33,389 bases of DNA, taken from Elusimicrobiaceae bacterium (GTDB lineage: Bacteria > Elusimicrobiota > Elusimicrobia > Elusimicrobiales > Elusimicrobiaceae). Below are positions 1-7,529 of the stretch, piece by piece. The position numbers were made by a program, and so were the translations under genes. Where the stretch lies: NCBI GenBank assembly GCA_041667045.1, contig JBAYFS010000001.1, positions 1 to 33,389 on the forward strand, written 5' to 3'. The notes beneath the pieces were generated by a model. That model was not told the DNA's origin. It did not search any database and saw nothing but the letters and a program-made list of their open reading frames with translations. Each line of letters opens with the position of its first letter. The first letter of the stretch is position 1.

Positions 1-135
1 GTCGCAGGCGCGATTATTGCCGGAACCCCTTTAGTTAGCATTGTTTCGGCTTTTCTGTACAACAAAGAAAAACAATCCGCCGAATTAAAAAACAAGCGCC
101 CTCCGGAAAATCCTCCGCTTGACAAACCCGCATAA
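1..135 (+). CDS. 3' end of an ORF entering from upstream; hypothetical protein with a hydrophobic (TM-like) segment
   Basis: Frame 1 is open from the window edge to TAA at 133-135. My translation is VAGAIIAGTPLVSIVSAFLYNKEKQSAELKNKRPPENPPLDKPA. No family was recognised. Confidence 0.35.
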   Translation, partial: VAGAIIAGTPLVSIVSAFLYNKEKQSAELKNKRPPENPPLDKPA

Positions 136-146
136 ACCGCTATAAT
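119..146 (+). promoter_or_regulatory. Sigma70-type promoter with exact consensus hexamers (TTGACA-N16-TATAAT)
   Basis: TTGACA is at 119-124 and TATAAT at 141-146, with a 16-nt spacer. It faces the terminase/late operon. Confidence 0.5.
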
Positions 147-172
147 AGTTGTATAGTTTAAATTTGTGAAAC

Positions 173-213
173 GACCCGTTCAAAGGATATTCCTTTGCCT
201 GGGTCATTTTTTT
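173..213 (+). terminator. Intrinsic terminator in the late-operon leader
   Basis: Hairpin GACCC-gtt-CAAAGGA-tat-TCCTTTG-cct-GGGTC (173-205) is followed by A and then T7 (207-213). Confidence 0.55.
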
Positions 214-390
214 ATTCCCCCTCCCACGACGTATCCGCACCACTCACAAGTGGCGCGTCCTTTCACAACTTTAACAGTCCTTGCTCTGCCGTGCGTAAAG
301 CGGCGGGGCTTTCTTTTGGCGGCAACGCGGGCACACAAAAATATTCTTCCCGGACAGTTGCCGCCGAAGCTCTTTTGCGCGGGGGAAAGA

Positions 391-795
391 ATGGCTAAAA
401 ACCCCGGCGGCCGTCCGCAATTCGATGGAAAAACTGTTGAATCTGTGCTTGCGAAACTTGAGCAAGCGTGGGCGCTTGATTGTTCGGACGCGGAGGCCGC
501 GGCTTACGCCAATATCTCTGCCTCCAGTCTTTCGCGGTATTTAAAATCCCACCCCGAAGTATCGCAACGAAAAGAGCAGCTCAAGCTAAAACCAGTGTTA
601 GCCGCTCGGCGCGCAGTTTATCGTGCCATCGCCGGGGACGCAACGTCTGGTATCCTCGCTGATGCAGATTTAGCACTCAAATATCTGGAACGCAAACGTC
701 GTGACGAGTTCTCCCTAAAGTCCGAAGTGGAACATTCCGGCGCGGTGACTGAAAAAATAGTTTTTGTACGGCGGGAAAGCAGGGGGCAAGAATGA
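391..795 (+). CDS. terS: Terminase small subunit (HTH-type), putative
   Basis: Internal ATG at 391 is preceded by GGGGGAAAGA. The product is a 134-aa basic protein with an HTH-like stretch (DAEAAAYANISASSLSRYLKSHPE). Its stop overlaps the terL start (ATGA at 792). The position immediately 5' of terL supports the call. The upstream part of track ORF 166-795 runs through the terminator hairpin. Confidence 0.6.
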   Translation: MAKNPGGRPQFDGKTVESVLAKLEQAWALDCSDAEAAAYANISASSLSRYLKSHPEVSQRKEQLKLKPVLAARRAVYRAIAGDATSGILADADLALKYLERKRRDEFSLKSEVEHSGAVTEKIVFVRRESRGQE

Positions 796-2012
796 AACGC
801 TTTGAGGTTACCAGCGTTTTTGAACGCACCCACGACGCAACCGAGCGTGTCGTAATCAATATCGGCGGCGCACGCTCTTCTAAATCATTCAGCGTCATTC
901 AGCTTTTAATAATGCTTGCCAACAACGCGCCTTGCAAAATAGGCGTTCTCCGTAAGACCATGCCGGCACTGCGCCGCACAAGTTATCGAGCGTTTATTGA
1001 CGCGCTGAAAACTTACGGGTTGTATTCCTCTGAAAACCATAACAAAAGTTCCGACATTTTACGCCTCGGCGGAAGCACCATAGATTTCATGGGCCTTGAT
1101 GAGCCGCAAAAGGTTAAGTCCGCGGATTTTAATTTCATTTGGATGGAAGAAGCCAACGAGTTCACCTTCGAGGATTTCACAATTTTGGGAACGCGGCTAT
1201 CTACTCCGCCTGTTCCGGGCCGGCGCAATCAGATGTTTTTAAGCCTCAACCCTTCCGAGGCCAACGGCTGGATACCTAAAAAGCTGATGATTCAGCCCGA
1301 CGTGCGGGTGATTCGTTCTTCTTATCTCGATAATCCGTTTTTGCCGCAGGACTATATAAATTTCCTCGAAGGCCTGAAAGAAACCGACCCCGTCAGCTAT
1401 CAGATTTACGCGCTCGGCGAATGGGGCAAGACCGGCGCGCGGATTTATAACAGATTCGATTTCGTGGACACGTTACCGGAACACCCAGACGAGACAATTT
1501 ATGGGTTAGACTTCGGATACAACAATCCCTCCGTGCTTATCCGTGTCGATATCAAAGATGGTGAGCTGTACCTGTCGGAGGGTTTTTACGAGACACGGCT
1601 TACGAATGCAGACCTGATTGTAAAACTAACTGAGATAATTCAGGCGGAAGCGCGGCGTCGGCCAATATACGCCGACGCTGCAGAGCCTGCACGCATTGCC
1701 GATATTGAGCAGTCCGGGTTCAATATTCATTCCGCCGACAAGTCCGTTTCTGACGGCATTGATGCTGTCAGAACTTATCCGCTTCACATCCTGAAATCAT
1801 CAGAGCTTTTGACTGAGGAAATCCAAGAATACAAGTACAAGGTTTCCCGCTCTGGCGATATTCTCGACGAGCCGGCGAAGATTAAGGACCACGCGATGGA
1901 CGCATTACGTTATGCGGTTTATACGCATTTCAAAAATCCGCATGTGTCTGGCAGAAACATACTCATGGACGTGAACAACGACATGAATATCTTGGTGAAA
2001 ATACATGGCTGA
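792..2012 (+). CDS. terL: Terminase large subunit (PBSX/Terminase_3-like)
   Basis: Walker A-like GGARSSKS, Walker B-like FNFIWMEEANEF, and a C-terminal nuclease region with GLDFGYNNPSV and DHAMDALRYA. Size is 406 aa and it lies before the portal. Confidence 0.9.
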   Translation: MKRFEVTSVFERTHDATERVVINIGGARSSKSFSVIQLLIMLANNAPCKIGVLRKTMPALRRTSYRAFIDALKTYGLYSSENHNKSSDILRLGGSTIDFMGLDEPQKVKSADFNFIWMEEANEFTFEDFTILGTRLSTPPVPGRRNQMFLSLNPSEANGWIPKKLMIQPDVRVIRSSYLDNPFLPQDYINFLEGLKETDPVSYQIYALGEWGKTGARIYNRFDFVDTLPEHPDETIYGLDFGYNNPSVLIRVDIKDGELYLSEGFYETRLTNADLIVKLTEIIQAEARRRPIYADAAEPARIADIEQSGFNIHSADKSVSDGIDAVRTYPLHILKSSELLTEEIQEYKYKVSRSGDILDEPAKIKDHAMDALRYAVYTHFKNPHVSGRNILMDVNNDMNILVKIHG

Positions 2013-4110
2013 AAAAATAGCGCTTAAAGCGATCCCGACCGGGGACAGTGGGAACCAGTTTTTTAATGGCATTTTCACAGACGAATACCTTACGGCCTTG
2101 CAGGGCCAGGCTGGCGCGATTATTTATGACAAAATGCGCCGCTCTGACGCGCAGATAGGAAAAGTTCTGCGAATGATAAAGAACCCGATTCTCTCTTGCG
2201 AATGGGACTTCCTTCCGGGTGACGAGGAAGACTCAAGCAAGTTGCATGCCGATTTTTGCCGTGAATATTTTTTTAAAGCAAACAAGATGCCGTTCGGTTT
2301 ACTACTTCAACAGGTGTTGACCTGCTTTGAATTTGGCTTCAGCGTGTTTGAAAAGGTCTGGGGCGAGTGGGAGTATCAGGGCAAGCTCTATCATGGCGTG
2401 GCGCTTAAGATGCGCTTACAGAAATCCATTGAAGCCATAGACCCGCTGACGAATCTCATGACGCAAATAAAATCAGACGGTGCGAAGGTTGATATACCGT
2501 TTGACGACCTGGTTTTCTTTGTTCTGGCGCAGGAAGGCGACGATATGCACGGAAACTCTCTTCTGCGCAACTCGTATATGCTGTGGGATTTCAAAAAAGA
2601 AGTCATGAAGGTACAGGCCATCGGCATTGAGCGCATGGCTGTCGGCACTCCGGTTGTCACCGTGCCCAAGGGCGTAGACCCTTCCAGCCCAGAGTATATC
2701 GCAGTAAAGACTATGGCGAAGAATATGGTCACGCACGAAAACTCCTACGTCATAATCCCAGAAACTTATAAGTTTGAAATAATCGCGGGCAAGTTCGACA
2801 GCGCAGCGGTCCAAAGTACGATTGATTCTTACGACTCCAAGATAGCCGGGAGCACTCTTACGCAGTTCCTTGAGCTGGGGCAGAATGGGAACGGCGGTTC
2901 CTACTCGCTGGGCGCGGACCAGAGCCAGATATTTATTGACGGCTTACAGTTTGTTGTCGGATACATCGAAGAGATTTTCAGCCGGTATGTTATACGTCAG
3001 ATGATTGACGTAAACTTCGGACCGCAGAAAGTCTATCCCACGCTGCGCGGGCTGAACCTAAACAAAGCCAAAGTAAAAGAATTTATTGATTACTGCGAGC
3101 GGCTAATTAAAGCCGGCGCGGTAAAGTTCGGTGTTGAGGACGAACAGGACCTTCGCAAGCGGCTTAAAATACGGCCTCTTTCTGACGAGGAAATAGCCGG
3201 GCGGGAAAAGGTCAACACGCCGTCCGCTGTGCCTGTTGAGCCGAGCCCCACGGAGCCCATAATAACGGAACCGGTTAAAAAAATGTCCGAAGCTTCTCTG
3301 GCGAAAGCGAAGAAGCACGCGCAAATGATTGACGTAGAAGCCGAGCGCGTCTATGACTTCATGCGTGCGAATTTGCTCACGATAAAAGACAAACTCGTCG
3401 CAGATATAGAAGCGACACTTAATCGTGGCAGTGTTGAAACTCAGGGTCTTAAGAATATAGAGCTCGGCTATGTGGCGAAGTATAAAGATGGCCTGGCGCG
3501 CAAGATAGCCTATCTGGCAAAAGAAGGGTACAACCTTGCCAAACAAGACGCGCGCTCACACATGGCGAAGAAGTTGGCGGAAGATAAGGAAATTAACCCT
3601 AAAGACCTGCCTAAATCGCTTAAGGCTTACGTTATTAACAAGATCGACGCCATCGTAGACGGGCAGACGCTAAACATGCGCCTAAAGGCCATATACACTG
3701 CGCAAAAGGCAATTGATAGCGGGCTGAGTATAAAACAGTCCATCGCGGAAGTTAATCTTGTCCTGGCTGATTTTACGGACGGCAGCAAAGTATCCGCCGG
3801 CGCGGATAACGTAGTCGCGGAAAGCATCAATAACGGAAGTATGTTTTTTTTCACAAATGTGGCCAGCGACCAGATTATTGCGTATAGGGTCAGCGCCGTA
3901 ATTGATGCCGACACTACAAAAATTTGCGCATGGCTTAACGGGCATGTTTACGCACCCGGAAGCGTAGAGCTGGCGAAAGTGCAGCCCCCGTTGCATTATG
4001 GTTGCCGCACAATTCTAGAGCCTATTTACGCAGACGACCCGGACGCAAAAGACATTGTAATCGACAACGAACTTCCGCCGCCCAGCATTATGGCGCTAAA
4101 ACAATTTTAG
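2005..4110 (+). CDS. Portal protein (Mu gp29/DUF935-like) fused to a MuF/SPP1 gp7-type head morphogenesis domain
   Basis: 701-aa ORF directly after terL with an 8-nt overlap. A Pro-rich linker (PSAVPVEPSPTEPIITEP) sits mid-protein. The C-terminus carries the MuF-family signature (DADTTKICAWLNGHVY...PPLHYGCRTIL). Confidence 0.8.
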   Translation: MAEKIALKAIPTGDSGNQFFNGIFTDEYLTALQGQAGAIIYDKMRRSDAQIGKVLRMIKNPILSCEWDFLPGDEEDSSKLHADFCREYFFKANKMPFGLLLQQVLTCFEFGFSVFEKVWGEWEYQGKLYHGVALKMRLQKSIEAIDPLTNLMTQIKSDGAKVDIPFDDLVFFVLAQEGDDMHGNSLLRNSYMLWDFKKEVMKVQAIGIERMAVGTPVVTVPKGVDPSSPEYIAVKTMAKNMVTHENSYVIIPETYKFEIIAGKFDSAAVQSTIDSYDSKIAGSTLTQFLELGQNGNGGSYSLGADQSQIFIDGLQFVVGYIEEIFSRYVIRQMIDVNFGPQKVYPTLRGLNLNKAKVKEFIDYCERLIKAGAVKFGVEDEQDLRKRLKIRPLSDEEIAGREKVNTPSAVPVEPSPTEPIITEPVKKMSEASLAKAKKHAQMIDVEAERVYDFMRANLLTIKDKLVADIEATLNRGSVETQGLKNIELGYVAKYKDGLARKIAYLAKEGYNLAKQDARSHMAKKLAEDKEINPKDLPKSLKAYVINKIDAIVDGQTLNMRLKAIYTAQKAIDSGLSIKQSIAEVNLVLADFTDGSKVSAGADNVVAESINNGSMFFFTNVASDQIIAYRVSAVIDADTTKICAWLNGHVYAPGSVELAKVQPPLHYGCRTILEPIYADDPDAKDIVIDNELPPPSIMALKQF

Positions 4111-4118
4111 GAGAGAAT

Positions 4119-5579
4119 ATGGAAAGAGAAATATATATTTTTGACCGATTCTGCCAGGATATGGCGCAGTCCACAATCAAACAGATGTTGGACTTCGACA
4201 GGCAGGGCAAGGACCCTATAAAGGTTTACATAAACAGTTATGGCGGGGACGTCACTGCGTTATTCTCGATACTGGACACGATGGCTTTGCTCAAAAGCCC
4301 GGTCTATACCATCGCAATCGGAGAAGCAGACTCGGCGGCGGCGTGGCTGCTGTCGGCCGGGGCAAGACGATTTGTAACGTCAAACACCAGGGTTATGATT
4401 CACGAGGTGTCTTCGCTGGCGATAGGCACAAACACCGATATGCAGGAACAGTTGGCGCAGGCCGCCGCTATGAATAGCCGGCTTATAGAAATACTGGCCA
4501 AGAACACGAAACAACCTGCGGGAAAAATCCGCAACGACGTTAAAAAGCAAGACTATTATATGACGGCCAGCGAAGCCGTTGAATACGGAATCGCCGATGA
4601 GGTTCTGAATGCTGAATCCAAAGATATCTATAAATTATCGGACCCGGTTTCCTTCGGGCAGTCCGAAGTAACGCTCGGCGAAAAGCTCAGTGAAATACAA
4701 ATACTTAAAACCGGAAAATTTAAACACATCCAATACGGTGATTTTGAAATAAGCTCCGCAGACCTGGGCCTCTTTAAAGCTCACTTCGACGAGCGGGTAC
4801 GCGGCATTGATATTTCCGTAGACGCAACGCACGATAACGACAACGGAGAGCGCGCCGCCGAGGGATGGATACAATCTGTTGAAATACGAAATCAATCAGA
4901 ACTGTGGGCATGGGTAGAATTTACCGCGCAAGGGCGACAGCTTATTGCAGAGAAGCGGTTTAAATACTTTAGCCCCGAGTTCCTTTTCAGTTACAAAAAC
5001 GAAAAGGGAGAAATATTCAAAAATGTGCTGCTGGGTGGGACGCTTACGAATAGGCCCTTTATCAAGGGCATGTCGGCCATCAAGCTGTCTGAGCCTGCGG
5101 CAAACAAGGAGAAACACACCATGAACAAAGAAGAATTGATAGCTAAGCTCTCGGAGCACGGCGTCAACGTCATGGCTTTGACTGAAAACCTCTCCAAGCT
5201 CACAGCGGAAAACCAGCAAAAAACAAAAGAGCTTGAAACCGTTTCTGCAAAGTCTACGAAGATTGAAGCCGAAAACAAAACTCTCACGGAAAAGGTGAGC
5301 GAGCTTTCCGGGAAGATAGAAGCAGATGCTAAAGCGGTCTGCTTTGAAGATCTTAAGAGAGTCGGCAAGGTCGTTGAAGCGAACCGCGAAAAGATTTTCG
5401 CTAAGTTTGCAACCGCCGATGAGCTGAAAAGTTTTTACGCGGATATCCCGGCGCTGCTCAATGTCGCGCCCAAGGGTGACGCCGGCGCTAACGACGCGCC
5501 CGCCATAGACAGCGAGCTCGAAGCAAAAGCAAAAACGCACGGATTGTCCAAAGAGGACATTCTGGCGGCGCAGAAATAA
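4119..5579 (+). CDS. Prohead protease polyprotein: ClpP-like serine protease + Mu I-like domain + coiled-coil scaffold tail
   Basis: Start ATG at 4119 follows GGAGAGAA. ClpP-type motifs are INSYGGDV, GEADSAAAWLLSAG (Ser), VMIHE (His) and DYYMTASEAVEYGIADEV (Asp). The middle region matches the Mu I pattern (AEGWIQSVEIR...WAWVEFTAQGRQLIAEKRFKYFSPEF...TLTNRPFIKGM). The C-terminal 150 aa is E/K/L-rich and coiled-coil-like. Confidence 0.8.
   Translation: MEREIYIFDRFCQDMAQSTIKQMLDFDRQGKDPIKVYINSYGGDVTALFSILDTMALLKSPVYTIAIGEADSAAAWLLSAGARRFVTSNTRVMIHEVSSLAIGTNTDMQEQLAQAAAMNSRLIEILAKNTKQPAGKIRNDVKKQDYYMTASEAVEYGIADEVLNAESKDIYKLSDPVSFGQSEVTLGEKLSEIQILKTGKFKHIQYGDFEISSADLGLFKAHFDERVRGIDISVDATHDNDNGERAAEGWIQSVEIRNQSELWAWVEFTAQGRQLIAEKRFKYFSPEFLFSYKNEKGEIFKNVLLGGTLTNRPFIKGMSAIKLSEPAANKEKHTMNKEELIAKLSEHGVNVMALTENLSKLTAENQQKTKELETVSAKSTKIEAENKTLTEKVSELSGKIEADAKAVCFEDLKRVGKVVEANREKIFAKFATADELKSFYADIPALLNVAPKGDAGANDAPAIDSELEAKAKTHGLSKEDILAAQK
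5121..5579 (+). CDS. Possible nested in-frame scaffolding protein (internal start inside the protease gene)
   Basis: AAGGAGA at 5107-5113 sits 7 nt upstream of an in-frame ATG at 5121. The 152-aa product is the coiled-coil region only (MNKEELIAKLSEHGVNV...). This parallels the Mu I/Z and lambda C/Nu3 nested genes. Confidence 0.4.
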   Translation: MNKEELIAKLSEHGVNVMALTENLSKLTAENQQKTKELETVSAKSTKIEAENKTLTEKVSELSGKIEADAKAVCFEDLKRVGKVVEANREKIFAKFATADELKSFYADIPALLNVAPKGDAGANDAPAIDSELEAKAKTHGLSKEDILAAQK

Positions 5580-5595
5580 CCAAAGGAGAAAAAGC

Positions 5596-6063
5596 ATGAC
5601 AGCTTTAAGCGAAAACAAATTCGATTATTCAAGAAAAGACGGCCAGCTGGTTTCGGAGCTTATCAATGTTGCATCCGTAGCCAAGATCATCTACAGGGGC
5701 TCGCTCGTTAACCGCGGTGCGACCTATAAAGGCGTTCAGCCGGCCGCCAACACTACGGGCGAGCAGTTCGCCGGCGTGGCCCATGAATACAAAGCCGGAG
5801 CCGCAGGCTCTGACGCTATAGGGACGGAAGAAATCCAGACCTGGAAGACAGGCATTTTCCCCTACGCTACTGGCGGTTCTACCAGCAATGGTCCAGTCGC
5901 GGTATCTGCCTCAGATGTCGGATGCGAAGTCTATATCGAAGACAGTGGCACCGTAGGCAAAGCCAGCGGAAACGCGTCGGCCTGCTACGTTAAATGCGGA
6001 ATCCTCACGAAGTATGTTTCCGCCAGCGAAGTGTATGTCCGCATAGACGGCTACGCGAAATAA
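5596..6063 (+). CDS. Head accessory protein (decoration/cement-like by position and pattern)
   Basis: Good RBS (AAAGGAGAAAAAGC-ATG). The 155-aa Gly/Ala-rich protein lies between the protease/scaffold and the major capsid gene, as lambda gpD does. My recollection of a DUF2190-like pattern is unverified. Confidence 0.55.
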   Translation: MTALSENKFDYSRKDGQLVSELINVASVAKIIYRGSLVNRGATYKGVQPAANTTGEQFAGVAHEYKAGAAGSDAIGTEEIQTWKTGIFPYATGGSTSNGPVAVSASDVGCEVYIEDSGTVGKASGNASACYVKCGILTKYVSASEVYVRIDGYAK

Positions 6064-6082
6064 TCAAAAGGAGACAAATACA

Positions 6083-7021
6083 ATGGCACTTCAGAACACA
6101 CTTAAACAGATAAATGACGCTTCGGTGATTTTAAAAGCGGCGTTTCAGAAAAAACTCAGCACGATAACATTGCCGCTACTTGAACAGCTGGCGATGAAAT
6201 CTCCGTCAACCAGCAGCGGTGAAACTTATACCGGGCTCAACGCTGTACCGAAGATATCGGAGTTTACCGACGAGCGGAAAGTAAAACAGCTGCTCGGAAA
6301 AATCTATACCATTCTCAACAAGAAATGGGAAAGCACCATGTCGGTGAAGCGCGAAGATATCGAACGAGATCATCTCGGTATGTATACTGCCCGCGTCAAA
6401 GAGATGGCGAGCAAAGCCAAAATGCACCCGCTCGAACTGCTGATTTCCATGCTCAGCGCGGGCGACACGGCGGCTTACGGGCTCTGCTACGACGGACAGT
6501 ATTTCTTTGACACCGACCACGCAGAAGGCAACAGCGGAAATCAGTCAAACAAGCTGTCCGGGTCCGGCACGAACATAAGCCAGTTTCAGACCGATTATCT
6601 CGCCGCGAAAGCTGCGATGAAAGCGTTTAAGGACGACCAGGGCGAACCGTTCTTCGGCGAAGGCCTGGAGCTTGAGGGCAACCTTCTTGTTGTGGTTCCG
6701 CTCGGCCTTGAGGCCGTTGCAAAAGCTGTTCTTACGGCAGAAACGCTGTCCGGTTCTACCAACACCCTTAGAGGTGAAGCGAAAGTAATCGCGTCGTCCA
6801 GACTTACCGCTGCGGATTCCACCGACTGGTACCTGATTTATACTGGCGGAGACCTGAAGCCCTTCATTAACCAGGAAGAAGTCCCCGTTGAGTTTGTGGC
6901 GCTCGACAACCCGCAGACAAACGAAGCCGCGTTCATGCGCGACGAGTTCCTGTACGGCACATATGCCCGCTATAACGTGGGCTACGGCTTGTGGCAGTAC
7001 GCCATTAAGACCGTGAACTAG
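6083..7021 (+). CDS. Major capsid protein, Mu gpT-like
   Basis: 312 aa. The pattern typical of Mu-like major head subunits is present: KISEFTDERKVKQL, NKKWESTMSVKREDIERDHLGMY, CYDGQYFFDTDH. RBS is AAAGGAGA. A hairpin follows the gene. Confidence 0.85.
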   Translation: MALQNTLKQINDASVILKAAFQKKLSTITLPLLEQLAMKSPSTSSGETYTGLNAVPKISEFTDERKVKQLLGKIYTILNKKWESTMSVKREDIERDHLGMYTARVKEMASKAKMHPLELLISMLSAGDTAAYGLCYDGQYFFDTDHAEGNSGNQSNKLSGSGTNISQFQTDYLAAKAAMKAFKDDQGEPFFGEGLELEGNLLVVVPLGLEAVAKAVLTAETLSGSTNTLRGEAKVIASSRLTAADSTDWYLIYTGGDLKPFINQEEVPVEFVALDNPQTNEAAFMRDEFLYGTYARYNVGYGLWQYAIKTVN

Positions 7022-7030
7022 TCCGGCAGA

Positions 7031-7058
7031 GGGAGGGCGGGCTTTTGCTCGCCCTCTC
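7031..7058 (+). terminator. Hairpin after the capsid gene (possible partial terminator/RNA stabiliser)
   Basis: GAGGGCG (7033-7039) pairs with CGCCCTC (7050-7056), and the stem can extend by G-U/G-C pairs. No clear T-run follows. Confidence 0.35.
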
Positions 7059-7083
7059 CTAACATTCTCAAAATGGAGCGATT

Positions 7084-7278
7084 ATGAAAATATCGGTAAT
7101 GACAAAAAAAGGAATATCACAATTCCGCCGAGCAGGATTTCTGTTCACCGAAACGGCGACGGAAATTGAAGTATCCGAAGAACAGAAACGCCAGATAGAA
7201 GCAGAACCTATGCTCATGGTGGCCAAGTCCGCGCCGCAGGTTGGTCCCAAAAATCAGAACAAGGAGAAAGCAAAATGA
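7084..7278 (+). CDS. Small head-module protein (FluMu HI1506-like N-terminal motif)
   Basis: 64 aa. The FRRAGFLF...EEQKRQIEAEPMLMV pattern resembles proteins found after gpT in Mu-like heads (from memory). An RBS GGAG is present. Confidence 0.5.
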   Translation: MKISVMTKKGISQFRRAGFLFTETATEIEVSEEQKRQIEAEPMLMVAKSAPQVGPKNQNKEKAK

Positions 7279-7517
7279 ACCCCCTACAAATGACCCCGTT
7301 GTCGGCTGACGCAACACTTTTCATGCAGACCAAGCAGGACGTAGTAGACGAAAACAAATCCTATTACGGATATGCCGTGCCCGGCGCGCTTGCAACCGAA
7401 GCCAAATGGCTTATCGTTGAAGTTTTGAAAACAGGAAACGTCATATCCAAGCGGTTTGCTTCCGACTCTGTCAATTTTGACAAGGTTTGGGACGATCGCG
7501 CCGGTTACACATATTAA
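7275..7517 (+). CDS. Hypothetical phage protein
   Basis: 80 aa, with RBS AAGGAGAAAG and an ATGA overlap with the previous gene. Confidence 0.55.
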   Translation: MNPLQMTPLSADATLFMQTKQDVVDENKSYYGYAVPGALATEAKWLIVEVLKTGNVISKRFASDSVNFDKVWDDRAGYTY

Positions 7518-7529
7518 CGGAGATATAAA

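Noticed and set aside
166-390. The N-terminal 75 codons of track ORF 166-795 (GTG start), and the overlapping ORFs 195-398 (+) and 271-465 (-).
   Set aside because: They run through the promoter-proximal terminator hairpin and T7 run and have no RBS. Their composition is Pro/Leu/Arg-biased and non-coding-like. A well-placed ATG at 391 with GGGGGAAAGA gives a normal-sized terS.
3844-3851. A T8 homopolymer inside the portal-MuF ORF, considered as a slippage or phase-variation site.
   Set aside because: The reading frame is intact through it (MFFFT). No alternative open frame of useful length follows, and a single short run is unremarkable.
4002-4118. A 5' extension of the protease ORF (MPHNSRAYLRRRPGRKRH...) overlapping the portal 3' end.
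   Set aside because: It is an Arg-rich out-of-frame read of the portal coding sequence. A proper RBS and ATG occur at 4119, right after the portal stop.
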